Assembly (NCBI RefSeq): GCF_006345805.1
Contig: NC_043005.1
Span: 86,552,001 to 86,616,000, forward strand
Reading direction: 5' to 3'
Origin: Octopus sinensis
Taxonomy: Eukaryota
DNA length: 64,000 bases
The notes under the pieces are model-generated. The model worked only from the letters and a program-made list of their open reading frames with translations. It was not told the origin of the DNA and did not search any database. Of this stretch, positions 1 through 12,910 are shown one piece after another. The position numbers and the translations under genes are program-made. Every line of letters begins with the position of its first letter. Position 1 is the first letter of the stretch.

Positions 1-446
1 TTTCACTATACTCAGGAAATATATATTTGAATTATTAATATAACACTCCATTTTCTCAGTTGATATTAAATGTCATTTTTTTTACTACAAATATAAGCGA
101 TTCGATAAATATTGTAAAGGAATTTTTATATATTTTCAGTTTTCCGAACCAGCTTTGCAGCTCCGTAGATAATATGTCAACCAGAAAACCTTAAAATTAT
201 ATTCCCCATTGAAGAAAATATCACTTCTTTTAATTTTAATGTTTCAGTGGTGTTAGAAACATGAACATATCTCAGAGATAATAGATGAAAACTATTAAAC
301 AATATATATTTTCAAATGTAGGATAGTCTTAAACCTATTATCAAATTCATTGAGAAAGCTCTGTAAAAGTATCACATGTAAGTACACATATATATGCATA
401 TACGTATATATGTATATATATACATATATATAATGCATAAATACAT

Positions 447-693
447 GCGTCCTTTTAAAGCCTAACCAGGCTCATGGGCCCTGTTTCCCAGTTTCTATGG
501 CGAATGTGTTCCCCAGCTGGACGGGACGCCAGTCCATCGCAGCGTCACTCATTTTTGCCAGCTGAGTGGACTGGAGCAACGTGAAATGAAGTGTTTTGCT
601 CAAGAACACAACTCGTCGCCCAGTCCAGAAATTGAAACCACAATCTTACAATCATAATGCTGACGTCCTAACCACTAAGCCACGCGCCTCCAC
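447..693 (-). mobile_element. tRNA-derived SINE, head type C (Meta/V-SINE-like central domain)
   Basis: Minus strand reads GTGGAGGCGCGTGGCTTAGTGGTTAGG (A box) ... GTTGTGTTCTTGAGCAAAACACTTCATTTCACGTTGCTCCAGTCCACTCAGCTGG. Related copies near 6770-6897, 15195-15392, 36680-36880 and 39720-39915. Confidence 0.8.
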
Positions 694-695
694 TT

Positions 696-706
696 TATAT
701 ATATAT

Positions 707-790
<84 letters not shown>
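696..790. repeat. (TA)n-(GATA)n microsatellite
   Basis: Direct reading. Confidence 0.95.
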
Positions 791-1313
791 TTAATACAAA
801 ATGGGACAAGAATGCAAAATATCCAGATAGACGATACGAAGAAAACAGGGACGAGTCATTCGAGTTTTCTTTCCTCAGTCGAGTTCCAGATTATCTTTGC
901 AATTTCGGCAAGTATATAAGCAAAGTAGCCAGTTGGAAAATTTAAATAAGAGAGCAGTAACTATATTTATCAGTAAAGTTAATCGCCATATCAGCATGGC
1001 TGTTCGATGCTACCACCGTTTTAATCCGAAGCAGACATTCCGCGAACTGGGGATAGATACAAACTACAGCCTTCATATATGGCTAGCAGGGGAAGGAACA
1101 ACTACCATCCATTAGCAGGCGAAGGGATCGCATCACGAGACCAGCTCGGTTCTGGGCTATTTCTGAAATTCTCGAACCACGCGCATATAGCTGTATATAA
1201 CAGCATTTAAATTTGCCATATCCCGTTATTTTATATACATACATATATATATCTACCCACACGCACAATTACACACATACATATCTAAACATATATTTAT
1301 GTGTGTGCGTATA

Positions 1314-1454
1314 TACCGGAGTAAGCATAAAAATGTGAAACAAGGTGGGAAAAAAAGAGTACTCATATACCAAAGGTAGAGTAATATGCTTTATTTAAAA
1401 GCTGCAAAAATATAACAAAACCTGTTACTCAGAGTTTCACTTTCCCGTTCGTCG
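1314..1454 (-). mobile_element. Penelope-like terminal-repeat fragment with 5'-truncated hammerhead-like motif
   Basis: Minus strand: CGACGA-AC(GGGAAA)GT-GAAA-CTC-T-GAG-TA-ACAGG, followed downstream by AATAAA. The 5' side is cut off by a TA/CA microsatellite. Confidence 0.45.
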
Positions 1455-1659
1455 TATATATATGTCTGTGTGTGTGTGTGTGTGAATGTATTCATACATG
1501 GATGGATCGATAGATAGATAGACATGGGTCGGATAGAGTAACTTGAGGCTGAGTTTTTATGTTCACATACCCTTCCTGTCGTCCAGTCGGCATCACCCAC
1601 AGAGTGCAAGTAAAGTAGTAATATTTCCGCTTTCACAAACGATTCGTAACAAACGCCGC

Positions 1660-1950
1660 CTTCTAACCTTTCGGGTTCGATTAGATAAGTACCCATAACG
1701 CACTAGAGTCGATATAATCGACTTAATCCGTTTGTCTGTCCTTGTTTGTCCCCTCTGTGTTTAGCCCCCTGTGGGTAGTAAAGAAATAGGTATTTCGTCT
1801 GTCTTTACGTTCTCAGTTCAAATTTCGCCGAGGTTGACTTTGACTTTCATCCTTTCGGGGTCGATAAATTAATTACCAGTTGCGTACTGGGGATTGATTT
1901 AATCGACTATCTCCCTCCCCTCTAAATTTCGGGCCTTGTGCCTAGAGTAG
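1660..1950 (+). mobile_element. SINE head type A family (octopus OK-like), partial tandem dimer
   Basis: GTCGATATAATCGACTTAATCCGTTTGTCTGTCC...GTAAAGAAATAG joined at about 1789/1790 to GTATTTCGTCTG...GTTCAAATTTCGCCGAGG. Confidence 0.8.
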
Positions 1951-1990
1951 AAAAGAGTATTATTATAGTGACTGGTGTTGTTAGTATCAA

Positions 1991-2430
1991 ATGTTAAGTA
2001 AATATGATACCTTCAATCTCGAAAACATTCTGTTGAAAATTCAGTGCAGATGGGCTGGACATGTTCGAATGTACGATGGTTGCACTGCAAAAATTCTTTT
2101 GGATGACCAACAAGTAGAGGGATTCAGCGCTAAATGGAGAAGCATCCAAGGATATGTTAGAACAATAACTAAAATCCCTACAGCTTAAATTACCATCTTG
2201 GGAAAGTTATGGCCTAGATCGATCTGAAAGGCGTAAAATTGTCATGACACCTAAACAATATTATTTGAAGGAAGTGGACAATAAAATAATTCTATCCTGC
2301 AATCAACAGACACTTATTTCCAATCCCAGGCAAAATCAAAATCGTCATTGCTCCTATTATGACTTCATTGCAAAATCCTTCCATACCTGGACTGAAATTA
2401 CACGCATCCATTGCAAACAGATGCAGCTTC
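1991..2430 (+). pseudogene. RTE-clade LINE ORF C-terminal remnant
   Basis: LENILLKIQCRWAGHVRM resembles the RTE 'QLRWAGHV.RM' motif. Downstream frames give SWESYGLDRSERR (WE..A.DR..WR) and a decayed C2H2-like tail, with frameshifts. Confidence 0.7.
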
Positions 2431-2769
2431 TTTTATTTTTAAACTTACATTTTTCTTTTTTTTTTCCTTTTTTTAAAATCCTCTCCTTCAAACACTCGTG
2501 TCAAAATCGACGGCAGTGACTGTCGTTATTCTTAGTACGTACACCTACTATTTTACTGGTATAAACTGCTACTACTACTGCCTGCTGCCTTTGCTACTAC
2601 TGCTACTACTATCACTCCTGCCACCAACACCACGATTATAACTACCACACTACCTCTGCTGCTACCACCTCCTAACAGTAATGACAACCACTCTTCCCTC
2701 TCCATGAAGCTATACCAAGAATAATGATAAAAATAATTCCAACAAAAGTGGAATTTTAAACCACAATTT

Positions 2770-3311
2770 GGAAACATGTTCCGAGGCGTTGATAGTACTA
2801 GGAGATTGTCATTTTCATGGATGATAAAAGTCTTCTCCTCTCATTGATTCCCCTAAGCTGTCAGCTAAAATGTCTCCGTCCGGTGCCGTGTGTTGTCTTT
2901 ACACCATTCTTGGCAGAATTTCTTCCTTGTGAAGAGTACCTGCAGCATCGATCGAGTATTCACTGTTGCAGTTTCGTATAATTGTCGATGTCTCTTCCGC
3001 TGATGGTCTGCATCATTCATTAATTTTCTGAACATTTTTCAAGGACAACTTTCGTCCGGCATCAGGCGGATGTGAATGATTACATGCTTCGCCTTAAATA
3101 ACATCATCTTCTGTTTTATGCGCCCCCCCCCGCAACTTCCTTTCCGCTCGCTGCATCGCCAATATGTTACAATGCTTTTTCGTTTGTCATCGATGTATGC
3201 GTAGCCGTCAAGCAAAAGAATTCCTCCTCCTCTCGTCGCTGGTACTATTTCTATGATTTTTAAAGAAAATTTCATGTTAAGTAACATTACTACCACAAAA
3301 GAACCAACCAT
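2770..3311 (-). pseudogene. FLYWCH zinc finger / MULE-type transposase N-terminal remnant
   Basis: ATRGGGILLLDGYAY...TYWRCSERKGSC matches the FLYWCH pattern. The shifted frame gives CNHSHPPD, then EEKTFIIHENDNLLVLSTPRN. Stops and frameshifts are present. Confidence 0.65.
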
Positions 3312-3631
3312 TATTTACAGAAAGAACTTTCAGTTAACACAGGTATTTACACGCACACACATCACAGAATAAAATGAAAATAAAACTTTAATTGCAATCG
3401 TGTAAATAAATGTAAAACACAGACATTTCACAACACTTTACAGCTTCTGAATAAGGCCTAAATCAGCGTCTACAAGCTAGATAACTTTGGTGTGGTTTGG
3501 GCGTGACGAAAGAGTTTGAATATAATTTGAATAAAACAGCTACATTAAAATTTATAGTTTTTATCTTTCAGTAAATTTGCCAAAACGTTATATGCAATCG
3601 GTTATCCTTTTATCCTGGGAAGGGAGACTGT

Positions 3632-3667
3632 CTTTTACGTTTCGAGGTTACGCTCTTCAACAGAGAG
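3632..3667 (-). ncRNA. Hammerhead-like motif with non-canonical core (CUGUUGA)
   Basis: CTCT-CTGTTGA-A-GAG(CGTAAC)CTC-GAAA-CG-TA-AAAG. Same repeat family as 61235-61270. Confidence 0.35.
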
Positions 3668-3884
3668 GAACACACAAATAAAGAGGGAGAGAAAATAAAA
3701 AGAGAGAGAGAATAAAGAGAAAAAATATAAGGAGAGAGAAAACAAAGACAGATAATAAAAAGAGAAGAAAATAAAATAAAATAAAATAAAATAAAATGTA
3801 TGTTTGTGCAGATTTGTATGTTTTGCTTTACGTATGTCTTTTCATGCATATAGTTGCAAATATAAACATGTTGATATATATATA

Positions 3885-4262
3885 AATGATAAACTTCTGG
3901 AAAGTCTTACAGATTTTTACAGTTCCAGTGATAGATTGAATCTGTAGTCTTCGAATTAGCTTTCTCCATTCTGGTTTTGGGAAGTCTAATTTCTCATGAT
4001 TGGTATTTAGGCAGTGTGTCCCAGGACCCTAAAAATTGCACATATGAACCTGAACTTGTTATCTGGATTGCGTAACGGCAGTAGTACAGCGTAGGTGTTC
4101 TCTTTTTCACTGATCTCCAGCGTTATGTCAACACCCGCTGGGCAGCTAATTTCCACAACTGTACACAGTATCTCTTCTCTATCCCAAATCAGTACATCAA
4201 GTCTGTTATGCTTACATATTATTGAGATATTCACTGGTACAGTTCACCAGGATTCCTTTTAG
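3885..4262 (-). mobile_element. 3' end of an RLE-type (R4/NeSL-like) non-LTR retrotransposon ending in (TA)n
   Basis: CKHNRLDVLIWDREEILCTVVEISCP is a decayed RPD..(D/E) restriction-like endonuclease motif. The shifted frame gives WRKLIRRLQIQSITGTVKICKTFQKFII running directly into TATATATATA. Confidence 0.8.
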
Positions 4263-4386
4263 CAGAACCAGTACCATCGTTACTGGATTCCTACTGGCTA
4301 GAGATAGCAGTCGCTCGACCTTACCCACAATATATAAACAGAGGAGCGACAAACAGCCTCTGATCTCGTAATGAGCAAAGTAGCTA

Positions 4387-4417
<31 letters not shown>

Positions 4418-4879
4418 TGTATGTATGTATGTATGTATGTATGTATGTGTGTATGTATGTATGTATGTATGTGTGTATGTGTATATGTATAAATCCTTCA
4501 CTTTTCATCTGGATTAAAAGACGATATACATACTGTAGACTTTAGAATGAAGAGAAACATTTTATTACGTCAGTTGATTTTATTTGTTTACGGGTCCCGG
4601 TTTACTTTGCTTTGATCTCGTGAAGATCATTCTGCTTTCGATATTCACCCTAGATTTCCAGACGCAGCAATATTGTCGGTTTATTTGCTTTTGTTTCTAA
4701 TATTAATTTCTCTGTTTCAATGCTGTTGCATTAAATATCTCTCAATGGATTTTGTCGATCCGTTCTTCCATTCAGCGACAATTCGGTCCGTCATCTAACT
4801 GTCCCCCAATTCTCTTTGTATCTCTATCGTATTTACAATAATTTTTGCTGACCTCCTCAAATTTGCGCCTGTAATTTAA

Positions 4880-5235
4880 TTGTGTGCAAGTCAGATATAG
4901 GTGTGTACGTATATGTATTTCTGCGTCTATATATCAGTTTATATATATTTATACACATCATTTTGTATATATACATATACAAATATTTGCATATGCACAC
5001 ACACATGTATAAGTGTGAATACATGTACGTACACATATCTGTGTTTGTGTGTATGGTTGTGTGTGAGTGTATATATATATGCATATATATATGTATGCGT
5101 GTATATATGTATATATGTGTATATATATGTATATACATATATGTGTATATTTACATATGTATGTATATATATGTATACATGCATATGTATGTATATATAT
5201 GTATATATGTATATATATATATAAATATATATATA

Positions 5236-5279
<44 letters not shown>

Positions 5280-5287
5280 AGTGAATA

Positions 5288-5335
<48 letters not shown>

Positions 5336-5390
5336 CATATATGTGTATATTTACATATGTATGTATATATATATATATGGTTATATACAT
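4880..5390. repeat. TA/TG/CA microsatellite mosaic
   Basis: Direct reading. It explains the YI/HT-rich ORFs listed here. Confidence 0.95.
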
Positions 5391-6957
5391 AATGCTAGTT
5401 TTTAATGTGTTATTGGTTATTTGTAAGTCTATAGGAAATACGTTGTTTTATGCTGTGAACCTGGGAAATACTTGTAACTCGTCTGCCTAAAAGCACATAA
5501 AATTTGCCTATGTAGCTGTGGCTCGCAATAAAAAGACAGAAATCTTCGTATAATGCATGTACTTATATGTCTTGAATATGGTTGCGTCTAATGTATGATT
5601 CACCTACAAATATTGGTTCGTAAGAAATCAAAATTTGCTAATAAAATATACGAAATCAATAGCAGAAACTATCCCTAATCTATAATCATATCCTGAGACG
5701 AATATCGTTTTCATGTATTTTAATGGCGTTTATCAATGGACTCCGTCCACGCTGTACATCTCCTTTTTGATCTTCTTCCTACATATGTCACAAATCATGC
5801 AGAGGTTAACATCTGCTGCCGTCTGTTTTTGTGTAATAAAACAAGAATTAGTAGTACATAAAGATCATCAGAATGTTAATCCATTCACTCTAGCCTAACA
5901 ATCTATATTTGTATGTAATATAATAAAAACTAACATTATTTTAATAGAAACCAACCAGATATAAGCACACTTACAATGACTCGTAATACACGAGAGTTAT
6001 GCAGACAGTAGAGAACTAACACATCAATAGATTTTAGATTGTGGGTATTTTGACAATGGCCTGTAAATTATACATCGCAAAAATAATTAAAAGAAAAACA
6101 GGGAATTTGGTCGCAAATTAATTTCGCAAGATTAATAATATTTTTCATTAATTTTTTTTTTCAAATGATTATCTTTTTTTTTTGTCGAGGGTTTTCTTCC
6201 GTTTTGTATGTTTACGTTGTTCTTTGTTTAACTCATTATGTTTGCTTAATTCAAAACCACCCTTAGTTTAATTAAGATTTATTGAGTTTCTAATTAAATT
6301 CACAAAAAGACAACTTAATTATATATTAGTCGGAACAGAGAATTTCCATATCATTAATGTGAAAATGTCTTCTATGATGGTACAAGATGTGACAGATACA
6401 AAAAAATAAAACGAAGAAAATAAATAAAAAACAAGCAAACTAAATTACTAATATGTTTGTGCTTTAAAAAGTACATTAGCGTCGATAATAATGTTATTAG
6501 TGTAACATTTTCGCAATGTATCGGTATTTGTGTGCATGTAAACTATATTCTGTGACACAGACGAAACTAATACACCACAATTATACGTAGTGTATTCATT
6601 AAAATGTATATGAATATATTTTGACTTAAGGTGTAAAAATGAAAATCAATAATTGCAGAAGGTCAAACGCCTTCTCCGAGACAAGGGTTCATAACACCAG
6701 TCCCCAATTTTGTTGTGTACATCTTCCGCACCTAAATGAGACGCTGGACCGTAGCGGAAATAACGCATTTTTGCTCGCTGAATGGACTGGAGAAAACTCG
6801 AATGAAGTTTAAAGCTCAAGTGCACAGTTCATCGCCCATTCCAGGAATCGAAAGCACAACCTTACAATCATGGGTGCAACAACCTAAACCCTAAGCAGAG
6901 CGATTCGATCTTCATATGTATAATAGTTACGCCTTGTAATTTATATAATAATTATAA

Positions 6958-7038
<81 letters not shown>

Positions 7039-7044
7039 TATATT

Positions 7045-7109
<65 letters not shown>

Positions 7110-7121
7110 CTATATATGTAT

Positions 7122-7282
7122 GTACAGAAGTGGCACTGCGGTACGTAGGTTGCTTACCAACCACATGGTCCCGGGTTCAGTCTCACCTCGTGAGACCTTG
7201 GACAAGTATCTTCTACTATAGCCTCGGGCCGACCAAAGCGTTGTGAGTGGATTCGATAGACGGTAACTGGAAGAAGTCTGTC

Positions 7283-7325
<43 letters not shown>

Positions 7326-7592
7326 CATACATATATATGTGTGTATTAGTGTGCGTGTGAGTGAGTGTACATGTGTGTGTGTATTTGTGTGTCTGTGTCT
7401 GTCCCTCCACCATCTTTTGACAACCGATATGTATGTGTTTACGTCCTTGTAATTTAGCAGTTCAGCAAAATACACCTATAGAATGAGTACCAGGCTTACA
7501 AAGAATTAGTCCCGGGGTCGCTTTGCTCGACTAAAGGCGGCGCCCCAGCATGACCGCAGTGAAATGACTGAAAGAAATAAAAGAATAAAAGA
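7122..7592 (+). mobile_element. Full-length SINE head type B (CORE-like, octopus OR-like)
   Basis: tRNA-like head with GGTTCAGTC B box, GACCTTGGACAAGTATCTTCTACTATAGCC core, internal (TA)n/(TG)n, and tail ...GCGGCGCCCCAGCATGACCGCAGTGAAATGACTGAAAG-(TAAAAGA)n. Confidence 0.9.
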
Positions 7593-8433
7593 AAAAATTA
7601 TATAACGAACAAAATAGTTTTAAAACCTCTAAATAAGATATGAGTACCAAAGAGAGTAAACGGTTAAGCTTCTTTGCCAGTAGAAGATAGTTGTTCTATC
7701 CAGAAGCATGTTGCTACCTTTTAACGCCAGGAAAACATCTTTGCCAGCTGGTTATCCTCACACAACCTGTGCCTGATATATTGTGAGAAAGGGAGCGAAC
7801 TGCTTCAGCAGGACCAGTTTAATATCATTACTACTCATATGTGATTTAGAGATTGTAAGACCGGCTACTTTGCTCGTTATACGATCAAAGGCTGTCTGTC
7901 GCTTCTCTGTTTATATATTGTGAGTAAGGTCGAGCGACTGCCATCTCTAGCCAGCAGCTATCCAGTAACGGTGACGGGAAAAAACTTGGAAACCAAGGTG
8001 TGTTTTTCCTGCTAAAGCTAGAGGGGAGTAGTTCGATCCCTTACAATGTATCAGACACAGGATGTGTGTCGATAAGAAGCTTGAAAACATGTCTTCCTGG
8101 AGTTAAAAGGGAATAACGTATTTCTGGAAAGTACAGTCACTAAATACCGTGTACTATCATTAGTACTCCTATCTCATTTAGAGATTTAAAAACTATTTGG
8201 CTCCTTACACCCCCCCACACACACACAAACACCTATGATGGTATTTATATAAGCCAAAAGCTTATAGCGATCACTAAGAAAATTAGTCTAATAATAGGGC
8301 ATATAAGCCTTCGACAGAAAAATAGCCTACTTTTTCTGTCGAGGGCTTGTATAATACCGTTATAAAACCAAACCATTCACACCGAAAGCATACCCCCACC
8401 ATATATATATGTATATATATATATATTATATAT

Positions 8434-8463
<30 letters not shown>

Positions 8464-8465
<2 letters not shown>

Positions 8466-9335
8466 CATTGGGCAGACGAATGCTTCTTTTAACAATCGTT
8501 ATCGTAACCATGTTGCCAGCTTTAAGACAATCAAAAAGAGACTTTCAACATCTTTACCAGATTTTGTATGGTGCCTCAAGGAGGATAAAATGAAGTACAG
8601 CATAAATAGCAAGGTAAGCTACACCATAAAATATAATTTCCAGGAGATGCCGTCTCTGCTACGAGGAATCCCTGTCTATTCTGTAGACCAACGAGAAGAT
8701 AATTAATAGAATTCCTGAACGACACTCGAGATGCCTACACGCGTATAAATGTACTTTCGTACAATGCAGTGCGAATGAATTTTGAGTAACCGCTAACCTA
8801 ATTTAATTTGCTTTACGGCATGAATGACTTAAGTTTACTTCTAACCTCCCCATTCTTACAAACACCAAGTCGATAGCTAACTCACTTCGTGATCACGAGA
8901 GCACCAAACCCCACGTGTGCGTATTCTCACATTTTTGTGGATGCTTCTATAAGCAACTGTACTCACACCATTCAGATTGCCCGAGGGCATTAATACATCC
9001 ATATTTGCTGACGGTCATTTTCAATAGTATTCTCGCTGGATTGCGTGTTCGTTTATGTTTTTGCCATCTGTGATTATATTTTTGATTTTCTATATAAATG
9101 AACATATTTCTTCCGTCTGGCTACCTTTCTTTCTACAAAAGAAGTTACATTGCGAGACAGTTATTTTAATGAGTTTTAATTATTTATCACCCGATGAGAT
9201 ACATCTGCGCTGCCGGATGCTCCTGAATCAGTTGTTGAGCATCAAATCTGTAAGGAATCGATGCTAGAAGTGTCGAAACAATTGTCGTGATTAATAATAA
9301 ATTCTCGTATATCCCATCTTGTCTTTCGTTTGTTA

Positions 9336-9345
<10 letters not shown>
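8464..9345 (+). mobile_element. 5'-truncated Penelope-like element: GIY-YIG endonuclease remnant plus terminal repeat with hammerhead
   Basis: YIGQTNASFNNRYRNHVASF...VWCLKE..., then after a frameshift RRCRLCYEESLSIL*...INRIPERHSRCLH, the C.LC..E / LN..E...C.H pattern of PLE endonucleases. Flanked by microsatellites on both sides. Confidence 0.8.
9186..9291 (+). ncRNA. Type I hammerhead ribozyme with expanded stem II
   Basis: ATCAC-CCGATGA-GATAC...GTGTC-GAAA-CAATTG-TC-GTGAT. Helix I has 5 bp, helix II 5 bp, stem III is the palindrome ACAATTGT, and the cleavage triplet is GUC. Confidence 0.65.
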
Positions 9346-9374
<29 letters not shown>

Positions 9375-9401
9375 ATATCTATCTATCTATCTATCAATAC
9401 G

Positions 9402-9499
<98 letters not shown>

Positions 9500-11318
9500 C
9501 ATATATATACATATATATACATACATATATATATATATATATACATAATAATCACACTATTGCTTACATATATACATGTATATGTATATATGTATATACA
9601 TACATATATACACATATATATATATATGCATATATATATATTCATATATATATATATGTGTGTGTGTGTGTATGTATATACATATATACATATACATGTA
9701 TATATGTAAGCAATAGTGTGATTATTAAAATATATTATTTATTCTTTTATCTTAGTTTCAAGAAATTTTCTTTTCCTCAAGCCTCTGTATTATCATTTCT
9801 AAGTTAAGATTACTCGGCTTTTCCGGAGAGGATAAAAGAGATTTTACACCGGAAGCGGTTGTGTCATAGTTAGAATACCAGTGTCAGCTTTAATATTTTT
9901 AGAAACTAACCAAAGTGCCAAAAAATATACACACAGTCATTCATTTTCTCTGCCCATTATTCCTGGAACGTTCTTGCTGATAATGTCCACATGCTTGTCT
10001 TCTACTGTGTCATTTCCGAAGTTACCGTTATTACAATTTCCAGCTGGATTCCCAAGCGTGTCCAACTGAGCCTTCTCGTTTTTCATCCACCCACTAGGTT
10101 CCGTGCCCGTTGGCTAGGCTTATGTAAACCGTTTTGCGACTCTTTCCTGTGGCAGTGCAACCACATGTCCCTAGTAGCAGAGATATGACCTCTGAACGCG
10201 GGGTAATACTGGATCGATCTCAAGAAACTCCCCGCCCGGCGTCCTAACGTTTCTGCCAGCTCACCGCTCGAATATTGTAATATGGGCGGATAGGCGCAGA
10301 AACCAAATTGAAGATAAAAAGTGTAGCTTCTCTTCCAGCCCATCCTCTTACGAAGATCGAATGCTGGGGCTGGGGCTGGCGCATTACTGTGCAAATACCT
10401 GCAACAATAACATCTAAGTTAGCCCTAAACTCCCCATCAATCGTGAACATGGCCTTCAGAGATTTAAACTTCTCTACTAGCCTCAGTCATGTTCCACTCT
10501 CATTCAATTTGATTTACTACAAGTATTGTGCAAATCTAAATATTCACCTAATAAAACTGCTTTATACAATTCATAATACTGTTTGTAAAACTATTCGTAG
10601 AGTATCATAAATACATTTTTATTTCATAAATGTATAACTTCGCACACAGTGAAATACTTTTGTTCATCTTCATACAAAGCATATTGAATACCAGTTGAAG
10701 TAAATCAACATTCATATGTATTTTAATATCTAAGATAAATATAATTCTGAAGGTATTCTTCTACTGGTGTAATAAAACATACCATTCCATCATCATGGTA
10801 TTCATGCAGCGTGGATCTGTGTTTTCTCTAAACATCAAAAGACAAATCGAAGAAATCGATATTTGGGAAGTAAGTTATGAAATACATCAATTTATGAAAT
10901 ATACGAATCGTTTCACAAATTTTATTATCAATCCTACTGGACAAGTGTATTGCTTGTACATATATCATATATATGTAGACAATGTATGAGGTAAACACAG
11001 TCATATTACGTGATGGTAACACAGGGAAAATTTGTGAAATATAACTGTATTGCAATGTTATCTTGTTCCACTGTACCGAAAGTTTAATTGAAAATGCTTA
11101 GCTTATATATTTGTGGAAGCAAGCCATATGTTCCCAAGTCACTAAAGAGAAATGCAAATGTTATTTCGAAAATTAAGTCCTAATGTTGAGGCAATTAAAA
11201 TTTTATATTCACCATAAATGTATTTCTGCTGGCAACATTTAGTGTTCTATATACTTGTAATTATATATTCAATTATTTATTTATCAACATGTATTGTCTG
11301 CCTGTCTGTCTCTATGTT

Positions 11319-11365
<47 letters not shown>

Positions 11366-12215
11366 TTGTCCCTATCTCTATCTCTGTCTCTCTTTCTTAG
11401 AAAGACACATCCATTCGACCAGCTGAAGAGTCGATGTTATCGTAATATTGCGCTGAATAATTAATTACCCTACACATATGTATATGCGTCTTTAACACTG
11501 GGTTTATAGTAAAACGCCAGCGGAGTCGATTTCTACGACCTATTGTTGCATGAAGCCACAGAGAATAGATATATTTATTGCCTTTCGAATTTTCTTGGAA
11601 ATGTTTAAATATCAGAACACAAGAATTCATGACCAAGAAGCACATGTTTTATACACTCAGTTCCTGTTAATCTCCATTGCATCCGACACACGGAATAAAA
11701 TTTATAATAGCAGCAAACATTGAGATATGTTAATACTTTGAATGAAGCAGTGAAAACGTGGAGATGTTATATATATTTTCCTCTTACGAAATATTAATAT
11801 CGTTTTTGACTTTTATCTCCTTGCCTCTTAAAAATGTGCATCGCCACCCGTTTCTGCAAATGTTAATTGTATTACATCCGAAATCCAAACGCTTATCGCA
11901 AATTTACACTATCTTACATATTCATCAGAAGGAAAACACTTCTTTCTTTTCTAAAAATAATAATTTCTTGTGTATGCGAAAATAATTAAAGGAAGGTTTC
12001 GTCTTCGAATCGACTCTTCAATGCTGTCCATAATTTAGAAAATCAAACATTGACATGTATATTTTCTATAATTGTTCAATTTTGCCACTGAAGATGTAAT
12101 CGATTTACCACGATATTTCAGGAGCACTTAATAACATTCGCAATGGCGAAATTAATAGGCTGCAGCCAGAAACGAAATGGGAATTTGAGTTTATTTAATA
12201 CGAGACGCAGTCAAT

Positions 12216-12621
12216 GCGGCGAGTTGGCAGAAACGTTAGCGCGCCGGGCGAAATGCGTAGCAGTATTTCGTCTGCCGTTACTTTCTGAGTTCAAATTTCG
12301 CCGAGGTCGACTTTGCCTTTCATCCTTTCGGGGTCGATAAATTAAGTACCAGTTACGCACTGATATCGATATAATCGACTTAATCCGTTTGTCTGTCCTT
12401 GTTCGTCCCCTCTGTGTTTAGCCCCTTGTGGGTAGTAAAGTAATAAGTATTTCGTCTGCCGTTACATTCTGAGTGCAAATTCCTCCGACGTCGACTTTGC
12501 CTTTCATCCCTTTCAGGGGTTGATCAAATAAGTACTAGGTACGCACTGGAATCGATGTGATCGACTTAATCCCTTTGTTTGTCCCTTCTATGTTTAGCTC
12601 CCTATGGGCAATAAAGAAATG
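12216..12621 (+). mobile_element. SINE type A tandem dimer
   Basis: GCGGCGAGTTGGCAGAAACGTTAGC head; the second unit starts GTATTTCGTCTG at about 12447. Confidence 0.9.
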
Positions 12622-12628
12622 AATATTA

Positions 12629-12910
12629 GACGCAGGCGTGCTTGTATAGTAAGATGTTTGTTTCACACCCACATGGTTGCAGGTTCAGTACCATTGTGTA
12701 GCACTTTTCGGAAGATCTTTCTCCTGTAGGCCCATCCCTACCAATGCCTCGTGAGTGAGAGGAGCACAGTCGTATATATACACCTGTGTGTGTGTGTGTG
12801 TGCAACCACCTCTTGACAACCGGGGGACGATGTGTGTACGTCCCAGTATCTTAACATTTCGGCAAAAAATACCCCTGGAATACGTACCAAGCTTTAAAGA
12901 ACACAAGAAA
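12629..12910 (+). mobile_element. Degenerate SINE type B
   Basis: GACGCAGGCGTG...CACATGGTTGCAGGTTCAGTACC head and CTTGACAACC body. Confidence 0.7.

Noticed and set aside
790-910. Possible PLE terminal repeat with CTGAGGA on the minus strand
   Set aside because: Followed by GAAT rather than GAAA, with no convincing helices; left unannotated.
4857-5490. Numerous YI/HT/CV-rich ORFs here and at other TA, CA and TG tracts
   Set aside because: Dinucleotide repeats lack stop codons, so these are artefacts.
5733-5822. Peptide VNLCMICDICRKKIKKEMYSVDGVH resembling an HMA CxxC motif
   Set aside because: Only 29 aa before a stop, and the rest of the HMA fold is absent. Kept only as a candidate exon.
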